Shown one piece after another: positions 34,849-47,495 of a DNA stretch of 64,000 nt. Both the position numbers and the translations under genes were made by a program. Where the stretch lies: positions 3,162,001-3,226,000 of the forward strand of contig OZ218956.1 in the NCBI GenBank assembly GCA_965112735.1, given 5' to 3'. Position 1 is the first letter of the stretch; every line of letters begins with the position of its first letter. This DNA comes from Phaeosaccion multiseriatum. Its lineage: Eukaryota; Protista; Ochrophyta, other classes. Below the pieces are notes generated by a model. The model ran no database searches. It was not told the origin of the DNA and saw nothing but the letters and a program-made list of their open reading frames with translations.

Positions 34849-37800
34849 ATGAGGAATACTCAGCAGCCGCCGCGTGCGGTCACAGTGGTTGCTGCAGCCG
34901 CAATGGTAGCGGCGGTGGGAATGATGGCGGTGCCGAGGGCTGAGGCGTGGACGGCTGCTCGAGTTTTACTGAGCAGCTGTGGCAGCGAAAAGAAGGCATG
35001 CGATCATCTTCAAGACACGAGGGAGACTGCTGTTAGCGACGGAAGTGGAGGACCAAGAAGAAGAGGAAAGAGGCGGAGGAGAAGCAGCATTGACTGTGGG
35101 TCGTGCTCTCTTTCTCACTCAGTGGCGACGGGCTCGCGTAGCCAGAGTAGAACGGCAAGGGGAGGTGCTTCATTCTGGGGGCTGGAAAGGTGCCGCAGAA
35201 GCAGTAGAGGGGGTTTAGCCTCTTCAAGAATGACTTCTGGGGCGATGGCAATGGCCCAAGAGGGCGAGCAAGAAGACCATACGGTGGCCGATGATGAAGA
35301 TCTACTGCTGGAGGAGTTGCTGCAGGACGTGATGGAGGAAGAGGAGACTAAGGGGCTTACGCTGCTCAGTCCGCGTGAACAGCGGCGGGAGAAGCAGAGG
35401 CAGGGACGGAAGCAACGGAAGCAGGAGCAGGAGCAGCGGCTACAGCAGCAGCAGCCATGGGAAGAGGTGGGATCAGCTGGGCAGGTAGTGACAATTAAAC
35501 CGGGAGTAAATGCCAAGACGCCGTTTTACAGGCCGGATGTCACTGGTTGGGCATCGATCCAGTCACCGACAGTGAAAGAGGGGCCAGCACTGGACAACGC
35601 TTGGGTAGAGCAGGAGCGGGAGCTGAGTGCAGCAGCCGAAAAGGTCATGCAGCAGGACGAGGAGGTGGAGGAGAAGGGCAAACCGAAGAGCCCTCCCACG
35701 CAGGAGCAGCGCCCGCAGCAACCACCGAAGAGGAAAATGAAGGGCCCACAGGCTACCGTAACGGGAGCAGCTGATCTTCCGATATCCCCGGCTGCTGCTG
35801 TGGATGCATCGGAGACCACTGACAGTGGTGGTGCTGTCCTAGACCTTGCTGGAGTTGTCGACGTTGGGGATGGATCGGAAGAGAACAAGGAGGAGGTGGA
35901 GGTGGAGGTGAGGGGGGGGGGAGGGGAGGAGGAGGCACAGGGAAGCGCAGTCATGGCCTCTTCACTGACAGCAGCGGATACACCAATAGCAGCACCTGCG
36001 CTGGCCTCGGAAACCGTCCAAGAGACGGAAAATGGGGTTGTGCCGGAGGAGGAATTGGGCCCCTCTTCTCCCCGCACCCCCATTGGTGCCATGGACATTG
36101 GAGACGTTACGGCTGATGTGTCTGCGGTTGAGCAGAGCGGGCTGACGCCATCTGGACAGGGCGCTACCGAGGAGGACCGGTTAGCGATCACTGCGCTCAT
36201 CGGGGAGCTTGTAAGCCTGCCGAGGGAGCGGTGGGGAGTGGACTCAATCATGGCGTAAGTTGCTGGAGCAGGGGAAGTGGCAGGGTTGAGGGAGAGAGGA
36301 GAGGGAGGGTTGGAGATACTCAGTCGGGGATGGAGATACTCAGGATGTATCGATCGGCATGGACTCTCGCGCTCTTTCTCCTGCGCATGAGGGGCTCTAC
36401 CTCCCTCCCTCCCTCCCTCCCTCCCTTTTGTTTGGCGGAGTCCTCCCACCAACTCCTTCCCAATGGGCTGCTCTCGGCCCCTTCGCCTCTCTCTCTTTCT
36501 CTCTTTCTCTCTGCCCATCAATCAACCAACCTTTCTATCTACCTCTACCTGTCTCCCTATGTATCTATCTGCCTACCTATCGATGTATCTATCCATCTAT
36601 CTTTCGACCGATCTCTCACCCTCCTGCCCTCCTTCTCTTCTTCCTGTTCTCCCACCTTCCTCGTCGCTGTCCTGTCCTCGCCGCCCCTTCCCCCCCTGTG
36701 TGCTGTGTGTGTCGCGATCAACCAACATCCTGACAAAACAGTCACTCCGACGCCCTCGTGCAAGGGAACCTCTACGAGCAGGTCATGGGGGCCCGCCAGG
36801 CCAAAGCCCTCACTCCCAGGGACAGAGACAAGCTGAATGAGTGAGTAGACTCGACTCAATTGTTATGTGCATGCGGTGGTCGTTGTTGCTGGTTGTGACT
36901 GCTAAGTTGCCAACGTTGGATGCTGACGAAGAATGTCCATCATCGAGACGACGACAAGCCCCCACTTCATCCCCATTGACGCCGTCTTCTCACCCTCACC
37001 CCCACCCCACCACCCACCATCCTCACCCCACCACCCCCTCCGTCCGCGCGCACAGAGTGGATGCGTTTCTGAGCGGCTTCATTGCGCAAGAACGACGGCG
37101 TCAGAGCCGAGACTCTGTCAAGCTCGTGCTGCAGGGCGCCATGGAGGGGGCGTTGGACCAAGCGATGACCAAGCTCAGGGACGCAGGGAGGCTTGATGAG
37201 GACCTTCAGGTGAGGAGGGGGGGGGAGGGGAGGGGTGGGGAGGGGTGGGGAGGGGAGGGGAGGGGAGGGGAAGGGGAGGGGTGGGGAGGGGAGGGGAGAG
37301 GAGAGGAGGGGAGGGGAGGCAGGAGGGAGAGGAGGGAGGGGAGAGCAGGAAGGGAGGGAGAGAAGAGCAGGGCAAAGCAGGGAAAGTAGAGCAGGAAAGG
37401 ACAGAGATGTGTGGGTCTTTTTGTTTTGAAGGAACACTACGTTTCGTGTTTTCTTGGCTGCTCGTCAATCTCATGTTGAACTCTACTCACATCCCTTCCC
37501 CCCCGCCACTGGGCTGTCCACTCTTTGTCTCTCTCCTTTTCTCTCTCCCTCCTGCCCCCCCTCTCTTCCCCCTTCCCTCTCTCTCTTTCCCTCTTTCGCC
37601 TTTCATCACACACTCACGCACACACGCACAGGAGTATGTAAAGGGGCTGGTGGCCAGCACAGAGAGTAAGGAATTGGGGGCGGCAGAGGCCCAGAGTTCA
37701 GACCTGCTGAAGGTGCTCCGTTTGCTCAATGACAGAGTGGAGGCCGAGATACAAACCAAGTAAGCAGGGCGCGCAACAAGCAAAGCAAACAGGCCAGAAG

Positions 37801-38629
37801 AAGCAATGCTTTGATCGAGGCGGGTCGGCTGATACTCGGCTAAAGCTTTCCATCGCGACGGACAGTCAGTCAGTCAGTGACTCAAGACCATTTTGTTGGT
37901 GGTGCTTGTTGCTTCTGCGTGTGATTCGTTTCATTCCACGCTGCTTACTTGGGGCGCACGGCACTCTTCAGAGTGTATTGGCCTTTTTTACCGCTTTGCT
38001 GCTCTTTGTCCACTCACTTCACTTCACTTCACTCCCCACACGCCGCCCCTTCGATCTCACACCCTTACGCGGCCACCCACTCTCTCTCTCTCTCTGTGTG
38101 TGTGTGTGTCTCCCTCTGCGTCTCTCTCTCTCCCTCTCTCTGTCTCTCTCTCTCTCTCCACCCCCACCCAGGGATCGCCCGGAGATTCGAATAATGGCAT
38201 ATGCGTTACGCTTACAGGGCGACAAAGAGATCAGGGCCTTCCTCCAGGTAAGTCAAGGAAGAGAGAAGAGAAGGACGGCGAAGGGCCACTCAAGGAAGAC
38301 ACGATAGCAGAGGAGAGGAGAGCAGCAAGGGTTCAAGCAAGCACCCCACTCTTACCACTATCTCCTCCTCCCCCTCCTCCTCCCCCTCCCCCTCCTCCTC
38401 CTCCTCCTCCTCCTCCTCCTCCCACCCCACCCCACCCCCCAAGGACGCCTTCCCTCGTCTGGAGGCCCTGGACGACTTTGTGCTCTTCGCAGAGGAGGGC
38501 CTGGAGTACTTTCAAGACGACGCCATTGTACTCCGCTCCAACATGCCCAGGGGCAATTTTGACAAGATGAAGGACATTCTGCAGCTCGCCCGAGGCCTCA
38601 GGAGCCAGCGGATGGCCTCCTCCCAATAG
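34849..38629 (+). CDS. Hypothetical protein with an N-terminal signal peptide (AEA-W, possibly plastid) and an alpha-helical C-terminal domain
   Basis: Six exons join in frame (…SIMA|HSDALVQGNLYEQ…|VDAFLSGFIAQERRR…|EYVKGL…|DRPEIRIMAYAL…|DAFPRLE…SSQ*). Loosely reminiscent of plant At4g37920-like chloroplast proteins; not verified. Confidence 0.7.
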
Positions 38630-38641
38630 ATGAGGAGGATG

Positions 38642-38697
38642 GAGAATGACCGAGAATGACCGAGAATGACCGAAAATGACCGATAATGGCCGAGATG
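38642..38697. repeat. Decamer tandem repeat (GAGAATGACC)n just after a stop codon
   Basis: Three perfect and two to three degenerate units. Confidence 0.85.
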
Positions 38698-39497
38698 AAA
38701 GGGCGGGTGGACGGCACTTCTTGGTCCTTCGCGGGAGGGTAATCTGAAACTAAGCGCGGCGGCGGCGGAGGGGGGGGGGGGGGCTGGTCGTGGAGGAGAC
38801 TTCGACTATGAATGCAAGGCGGGTTGGGCGCTTTCAGTATCAACAGGAAGGTGTCAGGTCTTGCACCGCCAACAAAAGTATCGAAACCGAAACCCCGGGG
38901 GGGAGTCAGTCCACACTCGAACGATATCGTGGAACCTTGGAGTCACCGGCAGGTCTCCCCCGCGTGGGCGGCTGCTGAGAGGGGCCGGTCAGATTTCAGT
39001 GCTGACTCAGGGGTCGGCAAGGCGCACACGTCAGTACGTACTTGCCAAGGGGCACACGTCAGCATGTACTTGCCAAGGGGCACCCACGACACAAGTGGAA
39101 TCTGCTTTTTCCATTTCATTTGACGTTTGCTGTACAAAGATATAGATATACATACACATATACATACACAACCCTCTCGCTCTGTGTGTATATGCGTATT
39201 GTGTGTGTGCGTGCGCGTGTGTATATGTGTGTGCGCGCGCAAAAGTAAGCTCCAAGTGAGCGAAGGTGTCTTTCCACTCCCCCACAACACTGGAGATGCC
39301 CCCCCGACTGACGCCGTTTGGACACCGTTGACAAAACGACAAAGCGAAGGGTGCGGGCGACAAGCCCCCCCCCCCCTCCTCCTCCTCCTGCTCCTCCTCC
39401 GCCTCCTCCTCCTCCTCCTCCTCCTCCTCCTCCTCCTCCTCCTCCTCCTCCTCCTCCTCCTCTTCCTCCTCCTCCTCCTCTTCCTCCCCCTCCTCCT

Positions 39498-40191
39498 TCA
39501 CATGGAATCCCACCTCCTGTAGCTCTGGCTTAGATCTGCAATACCCTGCCCCCCCCTCCCTCCTCCTCCTCCTCCTCCTCCTCCTCCTCCTGCCCCTCCC
39601 CCCCCCCATCCTCTCCCCCCTACCGCTGATGTTGCTCTTCTCCTCTCCCCTACCCAGTGCTCTCCGAGCGTCAGCGCCCTCGACAGCCGACGAAGAGGAT
39701 TGCGCCACCCCGGGCCCTGCCCAAGACCAAGGCCTCCGGAGGCCTCCCTCCTGGCCGCGCTCTCAGCCTGCTGTATCACCAACTGCTGCCCCTTCGCCTT
39801 GGCGATGGCCATCTCCTCGATGTTCTGGAGGCATACGGGACACGTGGCGTTGGACTCCATCCACTTGTCGATGCACCACTCCTGTACATAATACAACGTA
39901 ACATTACATACGTATGCGTGCGTTCATGTGCAGATGTTTTGTGTGTGCGTGCGTGTATGCAGATTGTGTGTGTATGCGTGTGCATGCACGTGTGCGCGGC
40001 GGACATTGGGGGAGGGGGTGCAGCGCGAGAGGGGCGGGGTGGGTGGGGGGGTGTAATGAGCTCGAGAGAAGAGATTCAGAGCTACTTGAGGCTCGGCCTA
40101 ACGGGGCTCTTGTGAGGAGGGGCAGTGGTGACCAGCGAGGAAGGGCAAGAAGGCGGGCAAGAGAGACAAAGCACAAGGAAGGGAGAAGCAC

Positions 40192-40232
<41 letters not shown>

Positions 40233-41311
40233 GCCTCACTCATCAACGACTGTACTACTCACATGATAGCAGTGTCCACAGGGAAGCATGAGTAGGTCGC
40301 TTATGCTGATGCTGGCACGGCCTTTGCTCTGTTCGCGCACTGATGAGAGTGGCGGAGGGGCGTCAATGTCTACACACACCACCCCACCGCCTACGCGGCC
40401 GCCGCCGCTGATGCTGCTGTTGCTCCCCTCCTCCTCCTGCTCCTCCTCCTCCTTCTTCTCCTCCTCGCCTCCTCCCCGGCTGGTCAAAAAGCGACAAGGA
40501 GGAAGGGGAGGTCCTACCTTCCCCTCCCTTGCCCCAGGCTCTGCCACCCTCCCCCCGGAGGCGTGAGATGACAGAGCACTAATATGACGGGGGAGCAAGG
40601 AGGAGGCAATCAAGCTCCTTTTCTCTGCAGCCTCTCCGACGGCGGCCCGGCCTTCTTCCATCCGCTGCCATTCTCCCTCATCGTGGTCCCCACCCTCATT
40701 GGTGTCCTTCTCCTTCTCCTTCTCCTCCTCCTCCTCCTTCTTCTTCTTCTTCTCCTCCTCCTTCTCCTCCTCCTCCTCCTCCTCCTCCTCCTCCTCCTCC
40801 TCCTCATCGTCCTCACCCTTCGCCTGCGTGGCGAGCAGCTCGAGGCATATGGGGCAGGTCTCTCGAGAAAAGTCAATGTCGATGCCCAGCGGAGGTGGGG
40901 GCGCACACAGCCTCGATTCCTTCCGCCCCTGCTGCTGCTGACGGGCATCATCCAAGCACTGGTCCAGCGTTCTGCTCCTGACTAAATCGCTGGCTTCATG
41001 GCTGCCCTGGCTACTGCTAGCGCGGAGGCTGCGGTCCCTCTCTTCGTCCCCTCTCCTCTTCCTCTCCTCCTGCGCTGGCCCCTGCCCCTGCCTTTGCTCT
41101 TGCTCTTGCCCTTGCCCTTGCTGGAGCATCATGTTGGTGTTGAGGTTAATCTGAATGGGTATGTTATTCCTGAGCATCACCCCCCGCCCCTCTTGGACGT
41201 TGCTCACAGTGCTTCGCCCCCCCACCGCCCCGCCCCCGCCCGCCCCAAGGCCAAGAGCGCGTGGAGAAGTGGTGCCTGCACTCCTTGCTCCAATACAAGG
41301 GCCGCCCCTGT

Positions 41312-41367
<56 letters not shown>

Positions 41368-43162
41368 CTGCTGCTGCTGATGCTGTTCCCACCACTGCTA
41401 TTGCTTCTTCTGCTGCTGCTGCTGCTGCTGCTGCCAAGGATGGAAGGGGTAGCGGAGTGCGGCCATCTGCTGGGTGACTCCAGTCTGCTCAGCCACCGCA
41501 CCTTCTTCTCCCTCGAAGACAACTCCCTGTTGTTGCTGCCCCCTCCTCTACCCGACGACGAGACAGCAGCAAACTCGACCTCTCCCTTCACCTCTCCCTT
41601 TTCTTCCTCCTCCTCCGTCTCCACCCCCACTGGTGGCTGTTTGTGCTCGTTCTCTTTGTCTTTCTCCTGATCCTTCTCCTGCTGGTAGTCCTGCTGCCCC
41701 CCCTCCATCAAAAGCCCCACCATCTCCCTCCCCACGCCTCTGTCGCTGCTCGCCGAGCGTACGCATCTCTGAGTCCGCCTCACCACAGAGAGGTCCTCCT
41801 CCTCTTCCTCCTTCTCCGTTCCATGCTCACTCCCACCTGAACCTTTCTGCGGAGAAGCATCCTCCCCTGCACCTCCTCCTCCTCCTCCTCCTCGTCCTGC
41901 TGCTGCTGCTACTACGACTGCTCTGGAACGTTGTCGCAGGTGGTGCAAGTACCCTGCCGTATGGCTCCTCTCGACATTGTGCTTCTTGTCACTCTCCGCC
42001 GCAACAGCCACGACTGGTCCTTCCGCAGCAGGAGCAGCAAGGGCGAAGTCTCTTGCCCCGCTCCAGTCTTCGCTTCCATTATCCGAAGGTTCCTTTGTCG
42101 TCGCTAGCGGAATCAACTCCACCTCCCTCACCTCGTCGCCCCTGCCCTCCTCATCCTTCCCCTCCTCCTCCTTGTCGGACACTTTGAACTCCGCCGCGTC
42201 ACGAAACGGCGACTGATGGTACATCGTTGAGGGAGTGGTGGTCCCCGGCGTGTAGACGCCCCCTCCTTCCTTTTGCCTCTCTGCCTCTCCCCAATCCCGT
42301 TCACCCGCACCCTCACCCACTGGTGCTGCTGCTGCTGATCGCCCCCCTGGTCCGCCCTCAGCCGGTGCTCCTGCCAGCTCCCAATCACCACAGTCAGACG
42401 GCCAATGTGGCACTCTGGGAAGGAGAACACTCGAGGGGCCTGGGCTTCCATCGAAAGGCCCTTCCTTCCGGACCTCGTATTCCTCCTCTTCTTCTTTTGA
42501 GAACGGCGACTCGCCTTGCTCCCCTCCCTTCGCTGCTGCTACTGCCGACCCTCCTCGTCTTCGACGTATTTGGGGTGCTTGTGATCCGCCAATGACGCTG
42601 CGGGGAACCATGACACGCACCCTTGTGAGGGTCCTCTTGATGCGCTGCGGAGAGGGAGGGAGAGAAGGGAGGGGAGATGGAAGGGAACGGCGGAGCGGAC
42701 ACTACTAATGATGCTTTGATGTTCGCTTCATTGGCTCGACATGTGTATGTGCTAGTCCTGGGAAATCGGGTGGTGCTCTCCCCCCCCGCTCCCTGTCCCT
42801 CTCCCTCGCACCTCTTGAACGCCAGACACGCGCCTTCTCCCTGCGCCTTGCCATCGCGCGTTTTCGTTCAATCGCTGGCGATGCTGCTCGGACGCGAGCT
42901 CCACCTCCCTCTCCAGTTTCAGGTACTGAAGAAAAAAAGCAAGCGACACACCAAGCAAAAAGGGCCGGAGAGGTGAGCCGTGCGGAGGTTCAAGTTATCG
43001 AAGTGCCTCATTATTTGAAAGCATCATTTGAGACCGACAAGGGGGGCCAGCAGCCTCATCGACAAGGGGCGCCAGCAGCCTCACCTGGTAGTAAAGCAGG
43101 CAGATCCCGGCGATGAGCAACCCACCTCCGGCGATGCCCGCCACGGCAGCTCCATGCAACAT
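39498..43162 (-). CDS. Membrane-anchored RING-H2 E3 ubiquitin ligase
   Basis: Exon 1 encodes a TM helix (AVAGIAGGGLLIAGICLLYY). RING ligands CPIC ... LPCGHCYH|EWCIDKW....TCPVC. Confidence 0.82.
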
Positions 43163-43635
43163 GATGGGTTTTTTTTCGAGGGGGGATCAGTCTGCGTACA
43201 TTTTACCCTTCCTTCCTTCCAAGTACGCTTAACTCTCTATCTCAACGATTAACGCCCCATTCTCGGTGTCCTTTAGTGCTTTTAATGAGGTTGTTTGTTT
43301 GTTTGTTTGTTTGTTCCTTTGTTGATTTGAGGCAAAAAAAAAAAAAAAAAAAAAAGTGGCCTACAACAATCAGGATCCAATCAGGATGGCAGCCGACGGG
43401 CGTTGATCGTAACGGTGCGTGGTGTTGTTTGGATCTGAGCAGGACGTCCTTTATGGACCAGGGAGGCACGGCGTTCCTGGGGTAGTATGGCGTAGATGGT
43501 CAGGAAGATCATCTTCCTACAGCACCATATCCACCGCAAGCCGGCAGCACGCGAGTAAAGAGGGAAAATTCATAGGGAAGAACAACAACGAGTTGGAGCA
43601 GGAGGCAGCAGTCAACGGCAGGAGGGCGTAGCATC

Positions 43636-46059
43636 ATGGACCACGGAAGTGTAGACTTTGATGAATTTATACCTGGCCAGCCGCGGGGCCGGAACGGGGT
43701 GATATCTTCCGTGCTGTGGATGGTGCTCGCGTTCAGCCTGTGCCTGCCCTATCTGAGAAACCAAAGCATCGACCCCAACGATTACAAGGGCTCCAACATG
43801 GTCTTGATTGTGCTCATCCTCGACCTCGTGGTGGCTCTTCTCGCGGTGGCATGTCTCTTCATCCGTATGGGCTGGGTGAATATCATCTACATGATCGTCC
43901 TGGCACTCTGCACCGTGCTCACGGCCTTCATCCTGCCCACGGCCTTGTTCGTGCCTCAGCGCATGCTCTGCTGCTGCCAGATGAGTGGCTGCCTACTTGG
44001 AAAACGGGACACGACAATACTGTTTGCATCAGCTCGAGCTATAGCTGACGCCGCGGCAGCGACCGAGGAGGGTTCTGGGGAGGACATACCATCATCCTCC
44101 TCCTCCACCTCCTCCTCCTCGTCGTCGTCAGCCCCTTTCGACATAGTCGATTCGTACTCTCAGTGGTGCAACTTCAACGAGAGCAGCGAGCGGTGCTTCG
44201 CGGACGGGTGGAGGGTGTGGTGCTTTTGGATTGGAGTGACCCTCTCGTTGATATCCATCGTGCTACTCACCAACGCCCTATCCTTGCATCGTAAGCTCTT
44301 CCTCATGGAGGAGAGGGAGGTCTTATTCGAAGAGACTATTGACGATTACTACGACGACTACGGTCATTTCCACCCGCAACATCAGCACCACCACCACCAC
44401 CACCGCAGCCACAACCTCTCCGGCTGCGATGGGGCGAACAGCGAAGACGGTAGCAGTTGCTGCCCCGGCGACAAGCAACACCACCGCCGCTTGCACGGAA
44501 CCCTTAGCACCCAGGACGTGTTCGGTAGCGACTTTAGCTACGATGATCCACATCTCCACTACGGCGGGGGAGGGGGCGCAACGGCAGCAGCAGGAGGAGG
44601 AGGGGGAGGAGCGGGGGGAGAAGGAGGGTTGGGAGGGCAGGGAGGAGGGGGGAGCGGATGGCCAGGAGCGCGCCCTTCGTCGGGACGCCCCTTGTCAACA
44701 GCGGGGTCGGCAGCAAGCTCTTCGGCCATGAGGAGTCGGAAATCAAGAAGCTTCCGTCGCTCGGACATGCAAGGCAACCCCCATTCTGCTCACACGACCT
44801 GCGGCGCTGTAGGGGGTGGGGCGTTTGGAAGAAACAGACTCACCCGCCACGGCAGCGGCAGCAGCAGGAGTCGGAGTCGAAGGAGGCTGCCGAGGTTCTC
44901 TCGGTCGGCTTCCGTCCATTCGTCGGAGGAGGAGAGCAGCGGGGGTACTGTGCTGGATTGGGACATGACTCCTTCGAGCTCAGTAGGGGTCATGACGCTG
45001 GGAGAAGGGGATGGTCTGGGGGGAGGGGGAGTAGCGGGTGGAGCCCAACGCAACTACCATTATGATGTGGAAGAAGGGTGGGCAGCAGCGGCTATTGCCG
45101 CCGCCACCGTAGGCGGGAGAGGGTCAGGGGCGGCGGAAGCGGCGGCAGCAGCAGCAGCAGCTACAGCAGTTGGTGAAACATCAGCAGCCATGCTCGCTGG
45201 GAGGTCCCATGAGGGAGGCGTAGGAGGAAGAGGAGAAGAAGGAGAAGGAGGAGCAGGAGCAGGAGCAGGAACAGGAACAGGGACAGGAGTAGGAGCAGGA
45301 GCGGGAGCAGGAGCAGGAGCAGGAACAGGAGCAGGAGGAGGAGGAGGAGGAGGAGGAGGAGGAGGAGGAGGAGGGGGGGGGGGAGAAGAAGAGGAATCGT
45401 CGAGCAGGGTCGTCTTCCGCGAGCCCTCAACGAGCGCTGCTTCTATCGACGGAGGAGGTAGGAAGAGGAAAATGAGCAGCAGGGGCAGCAGAACCAGCAG
45501 CGACAGTAACAGCAACAGCAGCAGTCGCCATGGGAGTAGAGACGGAGAAGTAACTAGCCAAAGCTCAAGCCGCAGCGATGAAGGAGGGGGAGGAGGAAGG
45601 GGGGGAGGCAGAGGCAGAGGAGAAGGAGGACGAGGAGGAGGACGTGGAGAAGAAGGGGGGGGCGGAGGAGAAGGAGGAGGAGGAGGAGGAGGAGGAGGAG
45701 GAGGAGGAGGAGGAGGAGGAGGAAGCGCCGACGGTCGCGGCGGTGGTGGTGATGATGGGGGCGATCCCTGCTTCGTGTCTGAGGCAGTAGTGAGGGCCCA
45801 CCCCGTGGTAGTGTTAGGCGACGACTTGAGGAGCTCTGGTTCCGACCCCTCCTCCCACCCCTCCGCCCCGCCCTACGCCGAGATCGTGCGTGGGAGGAAC
45901 CCATTCGAAGGAGGGGCTGTGCCGGCTCTGCTACCTGCCCCTGTTGTGCCTCATGGTCCGAGGAATCCCTTTGGAGGAGGGTCTGGAGGGGATGACGATG
46001 AGGCTCACGAGGAGGTTCAGCAGAGCAGCAGCTGCACCAAGAGCAGAAGCAGCAGATAG
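43636..46059 (+). CDS. Intronless four-transmembrane protein with a Cys-containing loop and a long low-complexity C-terminal tail
   Basis: 807-aa ORF with three N-terminal hydrophobic helices, a loop containing CCCQMSGC...WC...C, a fourth helix, then a Gly/Ser-rich tail. Confidence 0.75.
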   Translation: MDHGSVDFDEFIPGQPRGRNGVISSVLWMVLAFSLCLPYLRNQSIDPNDYKGSNMVLIVLILDLVVALLAVACLFIRMGWVNIIYMIVLALCTVLTAFILPTALFVPQRMLCCCQMSGCLLGKRDTTILFASARAIADAAAATEEGSGEDIPSSSSSTSSSSSSSAPFDIVDSYSQWCNFNESSERCFADGWRVWCFWIGVTLSLISIVLLTNALSLHRKLFLMEEREVLFEETIDDYYDDYGHFHPQHQHHHHHHRSHNLSGCDGANSEDGSSCCPGDKQHHRRLHGTLSTQDVFGSDFSYDDPHLHYGGGGGATAAAGGGGGGAGGEGGLGGQGGGGSGWPGARPSSGRPLSTAGSAASSSAMRSRKSRSFRRSDMQGNPHSAHTTCGAVGGGAFGRNRLTRHGSGSSRSRSRRRLPRFSRSASVHSSEEESSGGTVLDWDMTPSSSVGVMTLGEGDGLGGGGVAGGAQRNYHYDVEEGWAAAAIAAATVGGRGSGAAEAAAAAAAATAVGETSAAMLAGRSHEGGVGGRGEEGEGGAGAGAGTGTGTGVGAGAGAGAGAGTGAGGGGGGGGGGGGGGGGGEEEESSSRVVFREPSTSAASIDGGGRKRKMSSRGSRTSSDSNSNSSSRHGSRDGEVTSQSSSRSDEGGGGGRGGGRGRGEGGRGGGRGEEGGGGGEGGGGGGGGGGGGGGGGGSADGRGGGGDDGGDPCFVSEAVVRAHPVVVLGDDLRSSGSDPSSHPSAPPYAEIVRGRNPFEGGAVPALLPAPVVPHGPRNPFGGGSGGDDDEAHEEVQQSSSCTKSRSSR

Positions 46060-46584
46060 CAGCTTTGTGATCAAAGGACTTGCAGCATGGAATGGACGAT
46101 ATCAATGAATGAAAGGGAAGCAGAAAGTGTGAGGGGGGAGCGAGTCTAGGAGAGAGAGGCATTGGGCATTTGACCTCGGACTCACAGGCTGACAGCGCCT
46201 CGTGGTGGAGTTCCAGTCACAACACAGTATGAAGAGAAGGAATGTTTGCCCGCGCAGGTGTAAGATTAAGCTCCTTCACGTGGAGATGTCGATTCCCTCT
46301 CGAGAATTGTAAGATGAAGACAGAAATAATAAGGAAGAGCGCGATGATGGCTTCCCGTCGCATGGTAATGTTAGTGGCTGCGAAATATGCTTAATTTTCT
46401 ACTTCACATTTTTATTGGCTTCAGCGAGCTTTCATGATGACATCACTTTCCTGCCCATCCCCTTGAGCCCCCCCCCCCTGTAGTCTCCCTTCTCCTCCTT
46501 CATCAGGGGGATTTTCGGCTTTCTTTTCTTCCTTCGTGTTCGTCAAACGCAGACAAATGGTCCAACTTGAACGTGCAAGAGGGA

Positions 46585-46662
46585 CTAGGCGGGCAGCTAC
46601 GGCTCTCTCTAGGCCGGGCAATGTTCCAAATAGGCCTAGGCCGCTAGGCGTGCCCGGGGCTG
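46585..46662 (-). mobile_element. Truncated copy (one terminus) of the 27867-28291 MITE family
   Basis: The reverse complement CAGCCCCGGGCACGCCTAGCGGCCTAGGCCTATTTGGAACATTGCCCGGCCTAG aligns closely with 27867-27927. Confidence 0.85.
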
Positions 46663-47495
46663 AGGGTAAGTGTGGAGAACGTAGCAAACATCTTGTTTCA
46701 ATTGTTTTTTTTGTTCAAGGGGGGCTTCTATTGCCCCCCTTGCTTGTTTTGTTTCCATTATTAGTTTCATTATTTAGTCAAAAGAAATGCAATTACTTTG
46801 TGGCACACGGCGTCTGACTCTCTGCACAGGGTGCGGTTTCAGACATTGCATGGCTGAGCGTGAGAGAAAAAGGGCCCCTCTTCGGTTTGGCACAACTAAA
46901 CGAGTCCAGAAGGCAGCAGAGGTGGTGCCGTTCAAAGAACCTCACCAACGAAGTCGGGATGGCCGCAGCTCAGTCAGGCTCTGAACCTTAGGGACCTATC
47001 AAACGATCTATGGACCAAAGAAAGAAGGGGGAACTTTTGTACGTATTCGACTCGAACACCAAACCCGTTGAAGAGGATAATTGGCGACGAGCGCACCTCT
47101 CTCAATCCATCTTCTCCTCCGCACCCCCCTGCCACTCTCATGTACCCACCTCCTCGCACTCACCCACCCCGCACATGTGAGATTGTGTACATTACCTCAA
47201 TACTTGCTCTTTAGTCACTTGAAATGTACAGCATGTGTATATACATCCGCCGAAGGTGGCCATCGATGGTGGGGGACAAGGAGGTCCTCTCTCTCTCTTT
47301 CTCTCTCTCTCTCACCACCCCCCTCTCTGTCTCGACCCCCCTCTCTCTCCACCCCCCTCTCTCTCTCCACCCCACGCTCTCCTCCCGCTCTCGCTTCTCA
47401 CTTCCCGCTCTCGCTTTGTCTCTCTCTGTCTACTTCTATCTCTGTCTGTGTCTATCCTCTGTCCCTCTCTCTCATTCTCTCTCTATATATCCTTT

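Noticed and set aside
39018-39084. 28-nt tandem repeat, and small duplications at about 52767, 53640, 56380 and (GTTAC)n at 1088-1120
   Set aside because: Ordinary local slippage duplications with no evidence of function.
46421-46687. ORF next to the truncated MITE end as a transposase remnant
   Set aside because: It is short and shows no BED finger, DDE or dimerisation motifs.
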